A DNA stretch of 61,176 bases, the filler included, from Pirum gemmata (Eukaryota), in the NCBI GenBank assembly GCA_002812295.1. It is 17 parts of 17 records of this genome, joined end to end, with 100 filler letters (N's around TTAATTAATTAA, not from the genome) between each part and the next. Parts side by side here need not be neighbours in the genome. Positions count along the whole stretch, not along the records: positions 57,848 to 61,176 come from PDIN01002851.1; 16 more parts are not named here. One strand, 5' to 3'. Position numbers and translations under genes: made by a program. Numbering within the stretch: position 1 is the first letter of the stretch; the number at the start of each line of letters is the position of its first letter. Shown one piece after another: positions 60,607-61,176 of the stretch. The notes under the pieces were generated by a model that was given only the letters and a program-made list of their open reading frames with translations, ran no database searches and was not told the origin of the DNA.

Positions 60607-61102
60607 AACAACAGTCTCAACAACACTATCAGAAACAGTACTACTAAGCGTATCATTATTAACACTAATTTCGTAAACATCATCCTTAATTATCATAACA
60701 TCGCCAATAATAATGACGTCACTATCACTATCACTCTCAGACATAGCTTGACTAGAAATGTCTTCTTCTATATCAAAGTCTTTCGTTTCTATAAAACTAT
60801 CAAACGATACTGTTTTATTTTTCCCAACTAAATCTTCATGATCTGCTGTAATATAATACAACGTTTCCATATTTTCATTTTCATTTTCATTATTATCATT
60901 ATTATCATTATCATTATTGTCGTTGTCGTTGTCGTTGTCATGGTTGTTGTCGTTGATGCTGTTGTTGTTGTTTAATGCTACTATACCTTCTATGTCAGCA
61001 AACTGTATAATAGATTCATCGAGTAGGGCAATATCAGGAGGATTAAGTAAATGATTGTCTAATAATCTTTGTTGATGTTGTATTTGAACGTAGTATTCCA
61101 GT
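57910..61102 (-). CDS. Last exon of a large intrinsically disordered Gln/Asn/Ser-rich protein with a C-terminal CPI-like motif
   Basis: The 986-aa ORF is open 77 codons further upstream (LEYYVQIQHQQRLLDNH..) to an acceptor TAG at 61103. Contains VLKSTTANRPKRKVRPPTR. Confidence 0.85.
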
Positions 61103-61176
61103 CTATTAATTTTACAAAAATTAAAAATAAATTATTATTATTATTATTTTTATTATTATTATTATTATTATTATAA

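Overview
This window is not one locus. It is 17 short scaffolds (mostly about 3.3 kb) of a very AT-rich, microsatellite-rich eukaryotic genome, joined by 16 artificial 100-bp spacers (N44-TTAATTAATTAA-N44), so adjacency across spacers means nothing. Spliceosomal GT-AG introns, Asn/Gln/Thr-rich proteins and (TTAGGG)n tracts point to a unicellular eukaryote, but the lineage cannot be assigned from sequence alone. Recognisable genes: a flavin amine oxidase, RI-like LRR proteins, a GT32-type glycosyltransferase with unusual architecture, a POT/PTR2 peptide transporter, a 3-exon ABCG half-transporter, a RING+GNAT-like protein and a large disordered protein with a CPI-like motif. Mobile and foreign DNA: a decayed piggyBac transposase, at least four dispersed MITE-like families, several solo TIR or foldback elements, satellites, and pervasive CTAG/AGCT palindromic tracts. 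The most notable observations are an intact ORF carrying a parvovirus VP1u-like phospholipase A2 domain (35964-36683), and a virus-like zinc-finger/coiled-coil gene set among short tandem arrays (3580-4344) with a scrambled, decayed relative on another scaffold (about 27130-27383). All family assignments come from motif recognition by eye; no database searches were run. No rRNA, tRNA or CRISPR array was supportable.
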